From assembly GCA_902761905.1 (NCBI GenBank), contig CACWMK010000010.1, positions 3,215-67,214 of the forward strand: 64,000 nucleotides of DNA, written 5' to 3'. The translations under genes were made by a program, and so were the position numbers. This stretch comes from an uncultured Prevotellaceae bacterium (lineage in GTDB: Bacteria > Bacteroidota > Bacteroidia > Bacteroidales > Bacteroidaceae). Shown piece by piece: positions 15,471 to 26,603 of this stretch (positions within the stretch are counted from its first letter, which is position 1; each line of letters opens with the position of its first letter). The notes beneath the pieces were generated by a model. The model was not told where the DNA came from and searched no databases. It saw nothing but the letters and a program-made list of their open reading frames with translations.

Positions 15471-16906
15471 AGACTATAGAGCTCAAAAACGCAAGAGCAA
15501 GAAAGCCGGAATGGAATCTGGCTGAACCAGTAAACTTCTACCTGGACGAAGGCGAGCACTTGGCTATCGTTGGCAGAAACGGTGGCGGCAAGAGCATGCT
15601 TGTAGACATGATTACAGGGCGCCATCCAGTGAACCCCGACCAGATAAGTTATTCTTTCACCGAACCGTATAACAATCTGAAACACATCACGTTTCGCGAC
15701 ACATACGGTGGCGACAACGACCGCACATACTTCCTGCAACAGCGCTGGAATCAGATGGAGATAGACGAGGAAACTCCAACCGTAGGAAGCAAGCTGGAAG
15801 AGGCTTTTCTGATGTCGGGCGAGGATACTCCTGAGCGCAGAGAATTCCAAAAACATCTGTACGAGCTCTTCCATCTCGACGAACTTCTTGACAAGTATAT
15901 CATACTGCTGAGCAGTGGCGAGCTGCGCAAGTATAAGCTGACGGCCAACCTGTTTACCAAGCCTAAGGTGCTCATCATAGAGAATCCGTTTATTGGTCTG
16001 GATGCCGAAACGCGCGACCAAGTGAAAGACTTGCTCGACATGCTGTCGAAAGAAAAGGATATGCAGATGATACTGGTACTGTCCAAGATGGACGAGATAC
16101 CAGGCTTTATCACTCGAGTAATCAGAATGGCCGACCTGAAATTCGTGTCGGACATCAAGGTAAAGACCGAATTCCCCATCGAGCGATGCCCGTTTGCTGT
16201 ACAGGTGACACAAACCGAGAAAACAATGCCCCCACTGCCACAAGAGGTTATCAAATTTAACAACGTGACCATCCGCTATGGCGAGCGCACCATTCTGAAG
16301 AATCTGAACTGGGTGGTGCTGAAGGGTGAGCACTGGTCGCTATCGGGCCAGAACGGTGCTGGTAAATCTACCCTACTCTCGCTGGTTTGTGCCGACAATC
16401 CACAGAGCTACGCCTGCGACATTTCGCTATTCGGCCACAAACGCGGTAGCGGCGAGAGCATCTGGGATATCAAGAAGCACATAGGCTACGTTTCGCCCGA
16501 GATGCACCGCAGCTACAAGCAGAACATCCCAGCAATACAGATTGTGGCCAGCGGACTAAAGGATACCGTGGGACTGTACTATAAACCCACCAAACAGGAG
16601 AAGGATCTCTGCATAGAGTGGATGAACCTGTTTGGCATAAAGCATCTGGCCGACCGTAAGTTTCTGGAAATGTCGAGTGGCGAACAGCGACTGGTGCTGT
16701 TGGCACGTGCGTTTGTGAAGAGTCCCGATCTGCTCATACTTGACGAGCCTCTGCACGGACTCGACCTCTGCAATCGCAATCTGGTAAAGGCTGTGGTAGA
16801 TCGATATATGTTCGAGAATCCTGACCGCACACTCATCTACGTGACACATTACGAAAATGAGTTACCGAACTGTATCGATAACTCATTATATCTGAAGAAA
16901 AACTAA
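15467..16906 (+). CDS. ABC ATPase with two nucleotide-binding domains (ModF-like)
   Basis: GRNGGGKS and GQNGAGKS Walker A motifs; LSSGE/MSSGE signatures. Confidence 0.85.
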   Translation: MKTIELKNARARKPEWNLAEPVNFYLDEGEHLAIVGRNGGGKSMLVDMITGRHPVNPDQISYSFTEPYNNLKHITFRDTYGGDNDRTYFLQQRWNQMEIDEETPTVGSKLEEAFLMSGEDTPERREFQKHLYELFHLDELLDKYIILLSSGELRKYKLTANLFTKPKVLIIENPFIGLDAETRDQVKDLLDMLSKEKDMQMILVLSKMDEIPGFITRVIRMADLKFVSDIKVKTEFPIERCPFAVQVTQTEKTMPPLPQEVIKFNNVTIRYGERTILKNLNWVVLKGEHWSLSGQNGAGKSTLLSLVCADNPQSYACDISLFGHKRGSGESIWDIKKHIGYVSPEMHRSYKQNIPAIQIVASGLKDTVGLYYKPTKQEKDLCIEWMNLFGIKHLADRKFLEMSSGEQRLVLLARAFVKSPDLLILDEPLHGLDLCNRNLVKAVVDRYMFENPDRTLIYVTHYENELPNCIDNSLYLKKN

Positions 16907-16917
16907 TCAATGATTTC

Positions 16918-17517
16918 TTATTTCTCCATCAGGGCCGCTGTTCTAACACGGGACAGCGTCTCTGGTGTCATCTGCAGGTAGCTGGCGATGTAAACCAGCG
17001 GAGCACGCAGCACCAGCTGTGGCTGATTCTTAACTAGCTTCTGATAACGATCCTGAGCACTCTCAAAGCGCAGCATATCAGCGTGGTGCTGACTCAGGAT
17101 CAGACTCTCCTCCAATATCTTACGATACAGAATCTGGATGTTAACACTCTTCATTGCCACAGCCTCGAGTTCGGCCTTTGGCATAGCAATAAGAATGGTG
17201 GGCTCAAGGGCCTTGATCTGGAGCTGAGATGGCTGCTCGCGGAACAGACTCTCGATACACATCACGATACTGTTCTCGGTTGCCATATACTCGGTCAACT
17301 CCTTGTCGTTTTTAAAGTAATACTGACGCACTAGTCCACGTACTACCCAGTAGATGTTAGTACATACCTCGCCCTCCTTCAGTACCATTTCGTTCTTGGC
17401 GAACTTCATTGGCACAAGGATGCTCTCAAGCAGGTCGAGCTCTTCGTGGGTCATTGTACTGTATCTACGTGCCAATTCGCGGGCCACGTCGCGTGTTGTC
17501 AAGCTTACATTTGCCAT
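16918..17517 (-). CDS. Crp/Fnr-family cNMP-binding regulator
   Basis: cNMP fold (LKEGEVC...GLVRQYY) and C-terminal IASYLQMTPETLSRVR helix-turn-helix. Confidence 0.88.
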   Translation of the reverse strand: MANVSLTTRDVARELARRYSTMTHEELDLLESILVPMKFAKNEMVLKEGEVCTNIYWVVRGLVRQYYFKNDKELTEYMATENSIVMCIESLFREQPSQLQIKALEPTILIAMPKAELEAVAMKSVNIQILYRKILEESLILSQHHADMLRFESAQDRYQKLVKNQPQLVLRAPLVYIASYLQMTPETLSRVRTAALMEK

Positions 17518-17533
17518 AGATTATTGTTTGTTT

Positions 17534-19315
17534 TTAGTCCAATTTCAATACTGCGAGGAATGCCTTCTGTGGCACTTCCACGTTACCTATCTGTTTCATA
17601 CGTTTCTTACCTCTCTTCTGCTTCTCCAGCAGCTTGCGCTTACGGCTCACGTCACCACCATAACACTTGGCGGTAACATCCTTACGCACCTGCTTTACAG
17701 TCTCGCGGGCGATAATCTTTGCACCGATGGCTGCCTGGATAGCAATATCGAACTGCTGACGCGGAATGAGTTCCTTAAGCTTCTCACACATACGGCGACC
17801 GAATGTAACGGCATTGTCCTGATGTGTAAGTGTGCTGAGAGCGTCGACAGGTTCTCCGTTCAACAGGATATCAAGCTTGGCCAACTTCGACGGACGGAAA
17901 CCGTCGATATGATAGTCGAACGAAGCATATCCCTTAGATACCGACTTGAGCTTGTCGTAGAAGTCGATCACAATCTCGCCCAGTGGCAGCATAAAGTGCA
18001 ACTCTATGCGGTTGCCGCTTACGTACTGCTGGTCGAGCAGCTCGCCACGCTTGTCAAGACACAGCGTCATTATCGGACCGATAAAGTCGGCTGCTGTGAT
18101 GATCGAAGCACGGATATATGGCTCTTCGATATGATCAATCATAGTCTGGTCGGGCAGTCCCGAAGGATTGTGCACCTCCTTAACCTCACCCTGCTTGGTG
18201 TAGCACATATAGCTAACGTTGGGCACGGTGGTGATAACGTCCATATCAAACTCGCGGTCAAGTCGCTCCTGGATAATCTCCATGTGCAACAGACCAAGGA
18301 ATCCGCAACGGAATCCGAATCCCAGAGCAACAGAGCTCTCGGGCATAAACGTGAGCGAAGCATCGTTAAGCTGCAGCTTTTCGAGCGATGCGCGCAGGTT
18401 CTCGTAGTCGGCAGGATCAATCGGATAAACTCCGGCAAACACCATAGGTTTAACCTCCTGGAAGCCCTCGATGGCCTTGTCGCAAGGAGTAGCCACGTGA
18501 GTGATGGTATCACCCACCTTTACCTCCTTAGAGTTCTTGATACCGCTGATGATATATCCTACGTCGCCCGTCTTAAGTTCCTTGCGGGGTATCATATCCA
18601 TCTTCAGTACTCCAATCTCGTCGGCATCGTACTCCATGCCGGTATTAAAGAACTTAACGTGGTCGCCCGACTTGATGCTGCCGTTCACAATCTTAAAATA
18701 TGCAATGATACCACGGAACGAATTGAATACAGAGTCGAAAATCAGCGCCTGTAGCGGAGCCTTCTCATCGCCCACGGGGTGTGGAATCTTCTCGACTACA
18801 GCATTAAGTATCTCTTCAACGCCCTCGCCTGTCTTACCCGATGCACGGATAATGTCGGAGCGGTCGCATCCGATAAGGTCGATGATTTCGTCCTCAACCT
18901 CATCAGGCATAGCGCTGGGCATGTCAATCTTGTTAATCACTGGGATAATCTCCAGATTATGGTCGATGGCCATATAGAGATTAGAGATAGTCTGAGCCTG
19001 GACACCCTGTGTGGCATCAACCACCAGCAGTGCGCCCTCGCAGGCAGCAATCGAACGGCTAACCTCGTAAGAGAAGTCAACGTGTCCCGGAGTGTCGATC
19101 AGGTTCAGAATATACTTCTCGCCTTGATAAGTATACTCCATCTGGATGGCGTGACTCTTGATGGTGATACCACGTTCACGCTCCAGGTCCATATCATCGA
19201 GCATCTGTCCTTCGGTCACCTGTATAGTCTTAGTAAACTCCAACAGACGGTCTGCCAGAGTAGACTTGCCGTGATCAATATGGGCAATAATGCAAAAATT
19301 TCTTATATGATTCAT
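17534..19315 (-). CDS. lepA: Elongation factor 4
   Basis: [24 protein letters not shown] and KCYGGD motifs. Confidence 0.97.
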   Translation of the reverse strand: MNHIRNFCIIAHIDHGKSTLADRLLEFTKTIQVTEGQMLDDMDLERERGITIKSHAIQMEYTYQGEKYILNLIDTPGHVDFSYEVSRSIAACEGALLVVDATQGVQAQTISNLYMAIDHNLEIIPVINKIDMPSAMPDEVEDEIIDLIGCDRSDIIRASGKTGEGVEEILNAVVEKIPHPVGDEKAPLQALIFDSVFNSFRGIIAYFKIVNGSIKSGDHVKFFNTGMEYDADEIGVLKMDMIPRKELKTGDVGYIISGIKNSKEVKVGDTITHVATPCDKAIEGFQEVKPMVFAGVYPIDPADYENLRASLEKLQLNDASLTFMPESSVALGFGFRCGFLGLLHMEIIQERLDREFDMDVITTVPNVSYMCYTKQGEVKEVHNPSGLPDQTMIDHIEEPYIRASIITAADFIGPIMTLCLDKRGELLDQQYVSGNRIELHFMLPLGEIVIDFYDKLKSVSKGYASFDYHIDGFRPSKLAKLDILLNGEPVDALSTLTHQDNAVTFGRRMCEKLKELIPRQQFDIAIQAAIGAKIIARETVKQVRKDVTAKCYGGDVSRKRKLLEKQKRGKKRMKQIGNVEVPQKAFLAVLKLD

Positions 19316-19338
19316 TGATATATCTACGCTTTAGAGTG

Positions 19339-19346
19339 CAAAAGTA
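19339..19346 (-). promoter_or_regulatory. -7 element for lepA
   Basis: TACTTTTG(CA). Confidence 0.6.
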
Positions 19347-19387
19347 CAAAAAAAGTCGCTAATTACGCATAATTTTGCTTTTTTTTG

Positions 19388-19395
19388 TATCTTTG
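19388..19395 (+). promoter_or_regulatory. -7 element for the lipoprotein gene
   Basis: TATCTTTG(CA). Confidence 0.6.
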
Positions 19396-19417
19396 CAGCC
19401 AAAAAATAGGATTCATT

Positions 19418-19804
19418 ATGAAAAAGTATTGGTTATTGGCCGTAATCGCCATGTTTTTTACAGCATGTCAGGAGTCGCTCGAAGACAAATGTGAGCGCGA
19501 TGCTAAAGACTACACGCGCAAACAGTGTCCAGCAGTCATCGACAGCAACACTATCATCGATTCGCTAACCTTTGAGCGAGCCACTCACACTATACATTAT
19601 TATTATAGACTGACTGGCGCCGCCGACGAAGAGAAACTGCTGAACGAAATAGATGCAATAAACACCCTGAAGAAGAGTCTGAAAAATGCAACAGTAGTAA
19701 AGACGTATAAAGACGCAAAATATCGCTTTGCTTACACCTACCGTTCAGACAAGGATCCAAACAAGATACTGCTGGATGTGGTATTTACAGACAAGGATTA
19801 TTAA
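19418..19804 (+). CDS. Hypothetical lipoprotein
   Basis: Start trimmed to MKKYWLLAVIAMFFTA-C (lipobox), downstream of the promoter box. Confidence 0.8.
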   Translation: MKKYWLLAVIAMFFTACQESLEDKCERDAKDYTRKQCPAVIDSNTIIDSLTFERATHTIHYYYRLTGAADEEKLLNEIDAINTLKKSLKNATVVKTYKDAKYRFAYTYRSDKDPNKILLDVVFTDKDY

Positions 19805-19826
19805 ATCGATTATCCAATAAAAAAAG

Positions 19827-19859
19827 TAAAGGTGCCTTTCGAAAAGAAAAGCACCTTTA
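19827..19859. terminator. Bidirectional terminator between convergent genes
   Basis: TAAAGGTGC...GCACCTTTA with A/T-rich flanks. Confidence 0.7.
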
Positions 19860-19880
19860 TTATTTATTGATTGAACTATC

Positions 19881-22016
19881 TTAGAAGAACAGGTAGCGGT
19901 TGTCGACTACACCAGCCTTCTGATAAAGCTCCTGCATGAACATGCGAGCTGCCTGAGTGGCCTGCATCTGAAGCTGACGCTCGGTCTGAGCTGCATCAAA
20001 CTTAGCACCCTCGCGGTTGCTCTTCTTCAGCACCTTGAACAGGTAAGCACCACCGTTACCCTTAACTACAGCCTTGCTGAACTCACCAGCCTTAACAGCT
20101 GCTACAGCACCTGCAAGAGCGGGCTCAGAAGCACCAGTTGCCTGAACGAATACAGGAGCAGTGAAGGTGATCTGATTTACAGAATCGATCTTAGCACCCT
20201 TAGCCTGAGCACCGGCGATGTCCTTAACACCAGCAAGCTTAGCCTTGATCTGCTCGAACTTCTTGTCGCGCAGTACCTCTGACTTCAGCATCTCCTTGAT
20301 GCTGTTCATATCGCGATAGCCTACAGGATTAACCTTAGTAAGTGCTACAACCAGCAGGTGGTCGTTGTTACCGCACTCGTACAGAGGACTAACCTCACCA
20401 GCCTTAGCATCGAAGATCCACTTCATAGCCTCGCGTGTGGCACGCAGGCCAGCTACGTTGTGCTCGTAGTTGTAGAGGTCCTGACGTGGAGTAACCTTGA
20501 AACCGAACTTAGGAGCGTTCTTCTCCATATCCTCGATAGTCTTGTTCTCGCTAACAAACTGGCTGAACTTGTTGTAAGCCTCAGAGTATGTAGTCTTAGA
20601 GAAATCGATAGTGTGCTTAACTACAGCTGCCTCGTACTTGTCGACCATAGCCTTGCGAGCAGTTACCTGCAGGATGATGTTGCCCTGAGCAAACTCGAGG
20701 TTCTTAACATCGTTTACAGCTAGGCTGTTGATAGAGTTGAGGTAGTTCTTTGACTCCTCGTCGATAGTGTTGCTGCTCTCGTACATAGCAGATGTGAGCC
20801 ACTGCTTTGCACCAGTCTGACCATACTTCTGAGCAAGCTGCTCGAAGTCGGCACCAGCCTTAAGAGCGGTGTAGATGCTGTCAGCTGTCTTCTTAGCAGC
20901 CTCAGGTGTAGCACCTGCTACCTGAATCTGACGATACTCAATAGAGTCAGGCTGCTGTGACTTAGCGATGAGCTTAACTACATTAAGAGTATTGTCGAAA
21001 GCTGTCTCGAATACAGCAGAGGTCTGACCTACAGCCATAGAATCGAGCTTAGCTGCGATATCTGAAGGATAAGCGCGCTTGGTAGCAGCGAAACCTGTGT
21101 AAGCAAACTGTGACTGAGCCTTGCGAACAACCTCAGCGGCGTTAGCACCACTCTGCAGCTTCTGAGCTGCGTCGTTCATAGTAGCCATCAGAGCCTTGCG
21201 GTCGGCTGCAGAAGCTACAACCTGGAAGTCAACATACTTGATGTCGCGGCTCTCAACGTCCTGCTTGAACATCTCCTTGTGCTCATCGTACTTAGCCTTA
21301 ATATCCTTATCATCAACCTTAACATCGTTGTCGTTGATTGAAGAGTAAGCGATCGAAGCCAGCTGGATGTCGCTCTCGGTGTTCTGACCCTCGAAAGCCA
21401 TCTTGGCTGAGATTGGGTTAGAGATCAGACAGTTGCTGAGCAGAGCCTGATACTTCTGAGCGAGAGTCTGAGTGCGGAGGTTCTTCTCGATGAACTGCCA
21501 GTACTTGTAGATGGTCTGGTACTGCTCTGCGAGCTGAGGGTTCTGACCAGCCTTCTTGTAATCGTCCAAGAACTTGGTAAGCATGGTAACGTCGAAACGA
21601 CCAGTCTGCTGGTTAACGAATGGAGACTGCATCAACATTGGGTTGGTACCCTCCTTCATGATGTTCTGAAGCTCCTCGTCGGTAACGGTGAGACCGAGCT
21701 TCTCGCACTCGCTGCTGATGATCTGCTCATTGATGTACTGACTCCAAACCTGATCCTTGATCTGATTAAGCTCCTCCTCAGAGAAGTTTTCACGACCCTG
21801 AGTAATCTTCAGAACATCCTGATACTCATCAACAAGAGCCTGAAACTCCTGTACGTTGATTTTGTTTCCTAACACTTCGCCAATCTGCTGACGCTGCTGG
21901 TTCTTGGTTGCTTCGCAAGAACGGAAAGCTTCTTCAGCAATGAAGGCGAAAAGGCCTAAGCCAATAATGCAAACGAGGGCTACGCCTCTTTTACGGATTT
22001 TTCCTAATGCTGCCAT
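19881..22016 (-). CDS. ppiD: PpiD-like periplasmic chaperone/peptidylprolyl isomerase (SurA N-terminal domain)
   Basis: MAALGKIRKRG plus TM, SurA_N region, rotamase segment (GADFEQLAQKY), C-terminal VVDNRYLFF. Confidence 0.85.
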   Translation of the reverse strand: MAALGKIRKRGVALVCIIGLGLFAFIAEEAFRSCEATKNQQRQQIGEVLGNKINVQEFQALVDEYQDVLKITQGRENFSEEELNQIKDQVWSQYINEQIISSECEKLGLTVTDEELQNIMKEGTNPMLMQSPFVNQQTGRFDVTMLTKFLDDYKKAGQNPQLAEQYQTIYKYWQFIEKNLRTQTLAQKYQALLSNCLISNPISAKMAFEGQNTESDIQLASIAYSSINDNDVKVDDKDIKAKYDEHKEMFKQDVESRDIKYVDFQVVASAADRKALMATMNDAAQKLQSGANAAEVVRKAQSQFAYTGFAATKRAYPSDIAAKLDSMAVGQTSAVFETAFDNTLNVVKLIAKSQQPDSIEYRQIQVAGATPEAAKKTADSIYTALKAGADFEQLAQKYGQTGAKQWLTSAMYESSNTIDEESKNYLNSINSLAVNDVKNLEFAQGNIILQVTARKAMVDKYEAAVVKHTIDFSKTTYSEAYNKFSQFVSENKTIEDMEKNAPKFGFKVTPRQDLYNYEHNVAGLRATREAMKWIFDAKAGEVSPLYECGNNDHLLVVALTKVNPVGYRDMNSIKEMLKSEVLRDKKFEQIKAKLAGVKDIAGAQAKGAKIDSVNQITFTAPVFVQATGASEPALAGAVAAVKAGEFSKAVVKGNGGAYLFKVLKKSNREGAKFDAAQTERQLQMQATQAARMFMQELYQKAGVVDNRYLFF

Positions 22017-22055
22017 AAATATTTAAATTTTTAATTATTATTCATAAAACGCGTG

Positions 22056-22063
22056 CAAAATTA
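22056..22063 (-). promoter_or_regulatory. -7 element for ppiD
   Basis: TAATTTTG(CA). Confidence 0.55.
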
Positions 22064-22106
22064 ATAAATTTGTTTGAAACAACGAAATTTTTTCGTAGAA
22101 ATTTGG

Positions 22107-23384
22107 CTAATCAGTGATGTTTAAGCGCACCAACTCTATTTTTGTTGCCGTATTCTTGACGATTTTAAACTCGTAATGGTCAATTTTTACCACCTCGTTA
22201 AGTTTGGGGAACGACTGATATTCGTGCAGAATCAGACCGCCCAATGTCATATATTCATCACTCTCGGGCAAGTCGAGGTCGAACATCTCGTTGATCTTAG
22301 CAATCTCCAGGCGGGCCGACAAGATATACTCATGATCAGACAGCTGTTTTGCCACATGGTTAGTATTGTCGTGTTCATCCTCAATCTCACCGGTAATCTC
22401 CTCCATTATATCCTCGAGCGACACCAGTCCGCTGGTACCTCCGAACTCATCGACAACGACAGCCAAAGAGCGTTTCTGCTGCATGAGCTGGGCCATAAGT
22501 TTAGAAGCCAGCATAGTCTCGGGCACAAACGTAATCTCACGGATTAGTTTAGTATCAATAATTGCGGTCTGCGAGGCACTCTTATCCAGACGGAACATAT
22601 CAGACGAATGGATGTATCCGATGATATGATCGACGTCTTCGTGATAAACCACAATCTTACTATGTCCACTCTCTATAAACACCTGCATAAGTTGCTCAAT
22701 GGTTGAGGTGTCTTCTACCGCATCAATCTCGGTACGAGGCACCATACAGTCGCGTATTTTTGTCTCAGAGAAGTCAAGTGCATTCTGGAATATCTTTACC
22801 TCTTCCTCGATGTCGTCTTCATTATCGGCGCTGTCGATACTTGTCTGCACCAGATAGTCAAGGTCAACCTTGGTAAACTCCTTCTCCTCACCACCCTTCT
22901 TCATCCTGATACCCAACAGTCGGAGCAGTCCTTTTGACAGCAACGTAGCAAATCGTGAAATAGGATAAAGCACCACGTAGCATATCCACGCAGGAACTGC
23001 AAATACTACGAGCAACGTATTTGGATTATTCTTGAATATCGACTTTGGCAAGAATTCGCCCGTAAACAGAACTACAAGCGTAGACAACAGAGTGTCGCAC
23101 GTCACTCTAACGCCATCGCTAAAAGACGCAAACAACGTATCGTCAAAGAGTTTTGCAAAAAGGATACCGTAGATTACAAGCGAGATATTATTCCCCACCA
23201 ACATAGTTGAAACAAAGTTGTTGGGATGCTGATAGAATATCTTGATGATACGCTGCGAGAAACGATTCTTCTCGCGGTCCATCTCGGCCCTAAGTCGGTT
23301 TGATGACACAAAAGCGATCTCCATACCAGAGAAAAAGGCGGAGAACAGCATCGATACGAGTAGCCAGATAATCAGTTCAGTCAT
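22107..23384 (-). CDS. Hemolysin/CNNM-CBS-CorC family protein
   Basis: SAFFSGMEIAF, MLVGNN, GEFLPK, MVPR..I and VVDEFGGTSG motifs. Confidence 0.9.
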   Translation of the reverse strand: MTELIIWLLVSMLFSAFFSGMEIAFVSSNRLRAEMDREKNRFSQRIIKIFYQHPNNFVSTMLVGNNISLVIYGILFAKLFDDTLFASFSDGVRVTCDTLLSTLVVLFTGEFLPKSIFKNNPNTLLVVFAVPAWICYVVLYPISRFATLLSKGLLRLLGIRMKKGGEEKEFTKVDLDYLVQTSIDSADNEDDIEEEVKIFQNALDFSETKIRDCMVPRTEIDAVEDTSTIEQLMQVFIESGHSKIVVYHEDVDHIIGYIHSSDMFRLDKSASQTAIIDTKLIREITFVPETMLASKLMAQLMQQKRSLAVVVDEFGGTSGLVSLEDIMEEITGEIEDEHDNTNHVAKQLSDHEYILSARLEIAKINEMFDLDLPESDEYMTLGGLILHEYQSFPKLNEVVKIDHYEFKIVKNTATKIELVRLNITD

Positions 23385-24055
23385 TGTCCGGTCCTCCTGT
23401 GCTTCTGTAATTGCTGGCGCTGTGGCTGTGGTGGAGTCTGCACTGTATCCTTCTTTTCGCCAGGCTTATCCTGAGCTTCATCAGACTTCTCGCCAGTCAT
23501 ATCCTCGCGAGTAAACGAACCCTTAGAGTTGCTTACGATATAGTGAGTCATACGTTCATCTGAAAGGAAATAAGATCCTTCCATACTGCGCTCAGGTGTT
23601 GTAACCTTAGAGAATACATTAGAATAAAGTTCGTGCTTTATACCGTCCCAGAACAACTCTTCGCTCTCGTATACCAGTCCGTTGATGTTGCGGATACGCA
23701 CACGACCACGCAGATGCCATAGTTTCTTCTGGTCGAAATACCAGGCTGTATCTGCCTGAATATAAGCCTCTACATGGAACTTTTCATCGAACTGTTCGAA
23801 GAAGACTCCCTTCTCGAATGTCCAGCATGACGGATTCTTAACCACGTTAACATCCCATCGCTCGGTAACAATCTTATACTTGATAACTCCGCTATCACTA
23901 ATGAGCGTGTTAACACCATATGATGTCATCACCGAGACCGAATCGCGATCGTGAATGGCAGGCGCAATATGCTCTTGCACCTCAGTACAAGAGCCAAGTA
24001 TCATTGCCACTACTGTGGCAATGGCGATTACTCTACCTTCCACTTTGCGAACCAT
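23381..24055 (-). CDS. lptC: LPS export protein LptC
   Basis: N-terminal anchor; ISDSG..KYKI, F.KGVFFEQFD and EELFWD motifs of Bacteroidetes LptC. Confidence 0.8.
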   Translation of the reverse strand: MVRKVEGRVIAIATVVAMILGSCTEVQEHIAPAIHDRDSVSVMTSYGVNTLISDSGVIKYKIVTERWDVNVVKNPSCWTFEKGVFFEQFDEKFHVEAYIQADTAWYFDQKKLWHLRGRVRIRNINGLVYESEELFWDGIKHELYSNVFSKVTTPERSMEGSYFLSDERMTHYIVSNSKGSFTREDMTGEKSDEAQDKPGEKKDTVQTPPQPQRQQLQKHRRTGQ

Positions 24056-25302
24056 CTCTCGTTGAAAGTAAATCCAATGTTAAGGCGGAACATGTTCTCC
24101 TTAATCATATTATCAGCCGAACGATGTACAAACTGACCACTAATGCTAAGTATAGAACGAGCATTATATCCATTCATGATGGGAATACCAAATCCGAGGC
24201 TGGCCGATATCTCCTTTGGACCTTCTTTACCATTAATATAATAATAAGGTGTAGCCATACCAACACCGGCACGATAACGAACGCGCTGAAGGAACTTACG
24301 ACCAAGAGGACGTGGAGTCCACTCTGCACCAAGGTTAAAGCGATAGCTATCCTTTAGCAATCCAGACTTGAGTGCATAAGTACCATTGGTGTATTCAGGA
24401 TAGTCAATACTACCCCACTTCTGAATCTGCAAATCAGCACCCACACGGAGGTTTTGAGCATGATTATATGCAAGACCGAATCCGAATGCTGTAGGAATAC
24501 TCAGACCATTGGCGATCTTAAATGTGTCAGCATCAGCTTTACTAATGCTTGAATTCGTGTTAGTGATAATCATTTCTGGATCTGCCTTCAGCGAATGGCC
24601 AGGTGTCCAAGTAGCAGCAAGAGTAAAATTATCGTTCTTACTTACAGGCAACTCAAGCTGAGCACCAAAATCAAGCTTATAACTGCTAATATCGGCAGAA
24701 TACTGCTTGGTAAGCGCGTTAATAGACGAAGAACTACTAGATGCCACGCTACGATTATATTCACCCCACAAATACGAAAGGTTTACACCTATTGACAATG
24801 GTTTGATGGGGCGTATACCTGTTCCGATAAACAACTGATGAAGTCCGCCATTGCCTTCGTTGGTAGTAGAAACGGCAGTCTGAACATCGTTTAGCGTCTC
24901 TGTACTATAATACTTATATCCTATATTAGAATAAGGTAAAACACCAAATGAAACACCCACATTCTTGAATGCACGGAACAAACCCACTACATAATCGAAG
25001 CCACCACTCTTGCCATTAAGCTTAGTGCCATTCTCGTTGTAGTTGGTTATCTGACCTGACAGACCTGCATCGAACAGCATTGTAAGCGAATCGATTGCAG
25101 AGTATGAGGCAGGGTTCATTGGGTTGACTTCATTACCGCGGCGCATAGCAAGGCCTACGCCATTCATACCTTTATTAAAACTTACACTCTGGTCGGTAAG
25201 GTCGCCTAAGCCAAACTGGCTGTAGGGAGAGTTAGTGTTGCTTTGCGCAAAAGCCGATGTCGTCAGGGTTGCCATGACGAAACTGGCGAGAATCTTATTC
25301 AT
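24028..25302 (-). CDS. Outer-membrane beta-barrel (FadL/long-chain fatty acid transport-like)
   Basis: Start trimmed to MNKILASF (signal peptide). NSPYSQFGLG and NPMNPASY motifs; C-terminal NERWF.K.K.E. Confidence 0.75.
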   Translation of the reverse strand: MNKILASFVMATLTTSAFAQSNTNSPYSQFGLGDLTDQSVSFNKGMNGVGLAMRRGNEVNPMNPASYSAIDSLTMLFDAGLSGQITNYNENGTKLNGKSGGFDYVVGLFRAFKNVGVSFGVLPYSNIGYKYYSTETLNDVQTAVSTTNEGNGGLHQLFIGTGIRPIKPLSIGVNLSYLWGEYNRSVASSSSSSINALTKQYSADISSYKLDFGAQLELPVSKNDNFTLAATWTPGHSLKADPEMIITNTNSSISKADADTFKIANGLSIPTAFGFGLAYNHAQNLRVGADLQIQKWGSIDYPEYTNGTYALKSGLLKDSYRFNLGAEWTPRPLGRKFLQRVRYRAGVGMATPYYYINGKEGPKEISASLGFGIPIMNGYNARSILSISGQFVHRSADNMIKENMFRLNIGFTFNERWFAKWKVE

Positions 25303-25341
25303 ATTTTGTAATTTAATTCTATTGAAAAACATTTCAGCGTG

Positions 25342-25349
25342 CAAAATTA
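25342..25349 (-). promoter_or_regulatory. -7 element, leftward
   Basis: TAATTTTG(CA). Confidence 0.55.
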
Positions 25350-25394
25350 TCAAAAAAAAACCGAAGTAATGGCTTTTTCTTCGAAAATATAAGT

Positions 25395-25402
25395 TATTTT
25401 TG
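25395..25402 (+). promoter_or_regulatory. -7 element, rightward
   Basis: TATTTTTG(CA). Confidence 0.55.
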
Positions 25403-25421
25403 CATCGTGAAACATTTAGAA

Positions 25422-26603
25422 ATGAATATTAAGAGGTTACTGACCATAGCTATCGTGCTGAGTGTCAGCCACATAACGCCAATTTTTGCGCAATCTGATG
25501 CAAAACCCCAAATTGTCGCATTTGAGCACATCGGACCAAATTTCGATCCGATGGACTCGGTCGAGGTGAGTTTATTGACTTGTTCGCCACATGAGGAGAT
25601 ATACAGTTTGTATGGTCATGCTGCACTGAGATGGCATGAGGGCGATACAGACATGGTATTCAATTGGGGCATGTTTAGCTTCAGCAAACCATACTTTGCA
25701 CTGAGGTTCGTTTTCGGACTTACCGACTACGAGTTGGCAGCCTACCCATTTGACAGATTCTGGCCATATTACCAGCAATGGGGAAGCAGCATAACCGAGC
25801 AGGTACTGAACCTGACAAACGATGAGAAGCGAAAGCTAAAGAAACTACTCGCCGAGAACCTGGAACCAGAGAATCGTGTGTATCGCTACAACTTCTTCTA
25901 CAACAACTGCTCGACAAAACCACGCGACGTAGTTGAGAATAGTATCAACGGACAGGTGATATACAACGAACGCGAGGATTACGAGCCATCGTTCCGCGAT
26001 ATGGTGCGCGAATGCACCCGAAATCACCTGTGGTCGAAATGCGGTAACGATATGCTGCTTGGCCTGAAGGCTGATATGAAGACAAATCGTAGCGAACAGG
26101 AGTTCTTGCCAATGAACCTGATGCAGGATTTTGCACATGCACAGATATATAAAGATGGTGAATACCGTCCGCTGGTAAAGGAACAGCGCATGCTGGTAAT
26201 GCCTGGTGTACAGCAGATAGAACCCGACTTTATACTTACTCCTACAGAGTTGGCACTGATACTGCTTGTGATATCGCTGGCAATAGCTCTGTATGAATGG
26301 AAACGAAAGAAGATTGCGAAATGGTATGATGTGCTATTGATGACAGTTCAGGGACTTGCAGGTATAGTGCTAACGGTGATGATATTCTCGCAGCACCCTA
26401 CTACATCACTCAACCTGAACCTGTTGCTGTTTAACCCACTGCCATTACTGTTCATTCCTGCCATTATTAAAGGTAAACGTGGATTATGGCGCAAGGTGCA
26501 ATTTTCTATGTTGATACTATTTGCAATTGGCGGCATATTCCAGAGCTACGCCGAGGGAATATGGATTGTGGCATTATGTTTGCTGAGTAGACTAAAGAAA
26601 TGA
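25422..26603 (+). CDS. lnb: DUF4105/Lnb-like lipoprotein N-acyltransferase
   Basis: LLTCSPHEEIYSLYGH, FNWGMF and YRYNFFYNNCST motifs; four C-terminal TMs; start at 25422 or GTG 25407. Confidence 0.72.
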   Translation: MNIKRLLTIAIVLSVSHITPIFAQSDAKPQIVAFEHIGPNFDPMDSVEVSLLTCSPHEEIYSLYGHAALRWHEGDTDMVFNWGMFSFSKPYFALRFVFGLTDYELAAYPFDRFWPYYQQWGSSITEQVLNLTNDEKRKLKKLLAENLEPENRVYRYNFFYNNCSTKPRDVVENSINGQVIYNEREDYEPSFRDMVRECTRNHLWSKCGNDMLLGLKADMKTNRSEQEFLPMNLMQDFAHAQIYKDGEYRPLVKEQRMLVMPGVQQIEPDFILTPTELALILLVISLAIALYEWKRKKIAKWYDVLLMTVQGLAGIVLTVMIFSQHPTTSLNLNLLLFNPLPLLFIPAIIKGKRGLWRKVQFSMLILFAIGGIFQSYAEGIWIVALCLLSRLKK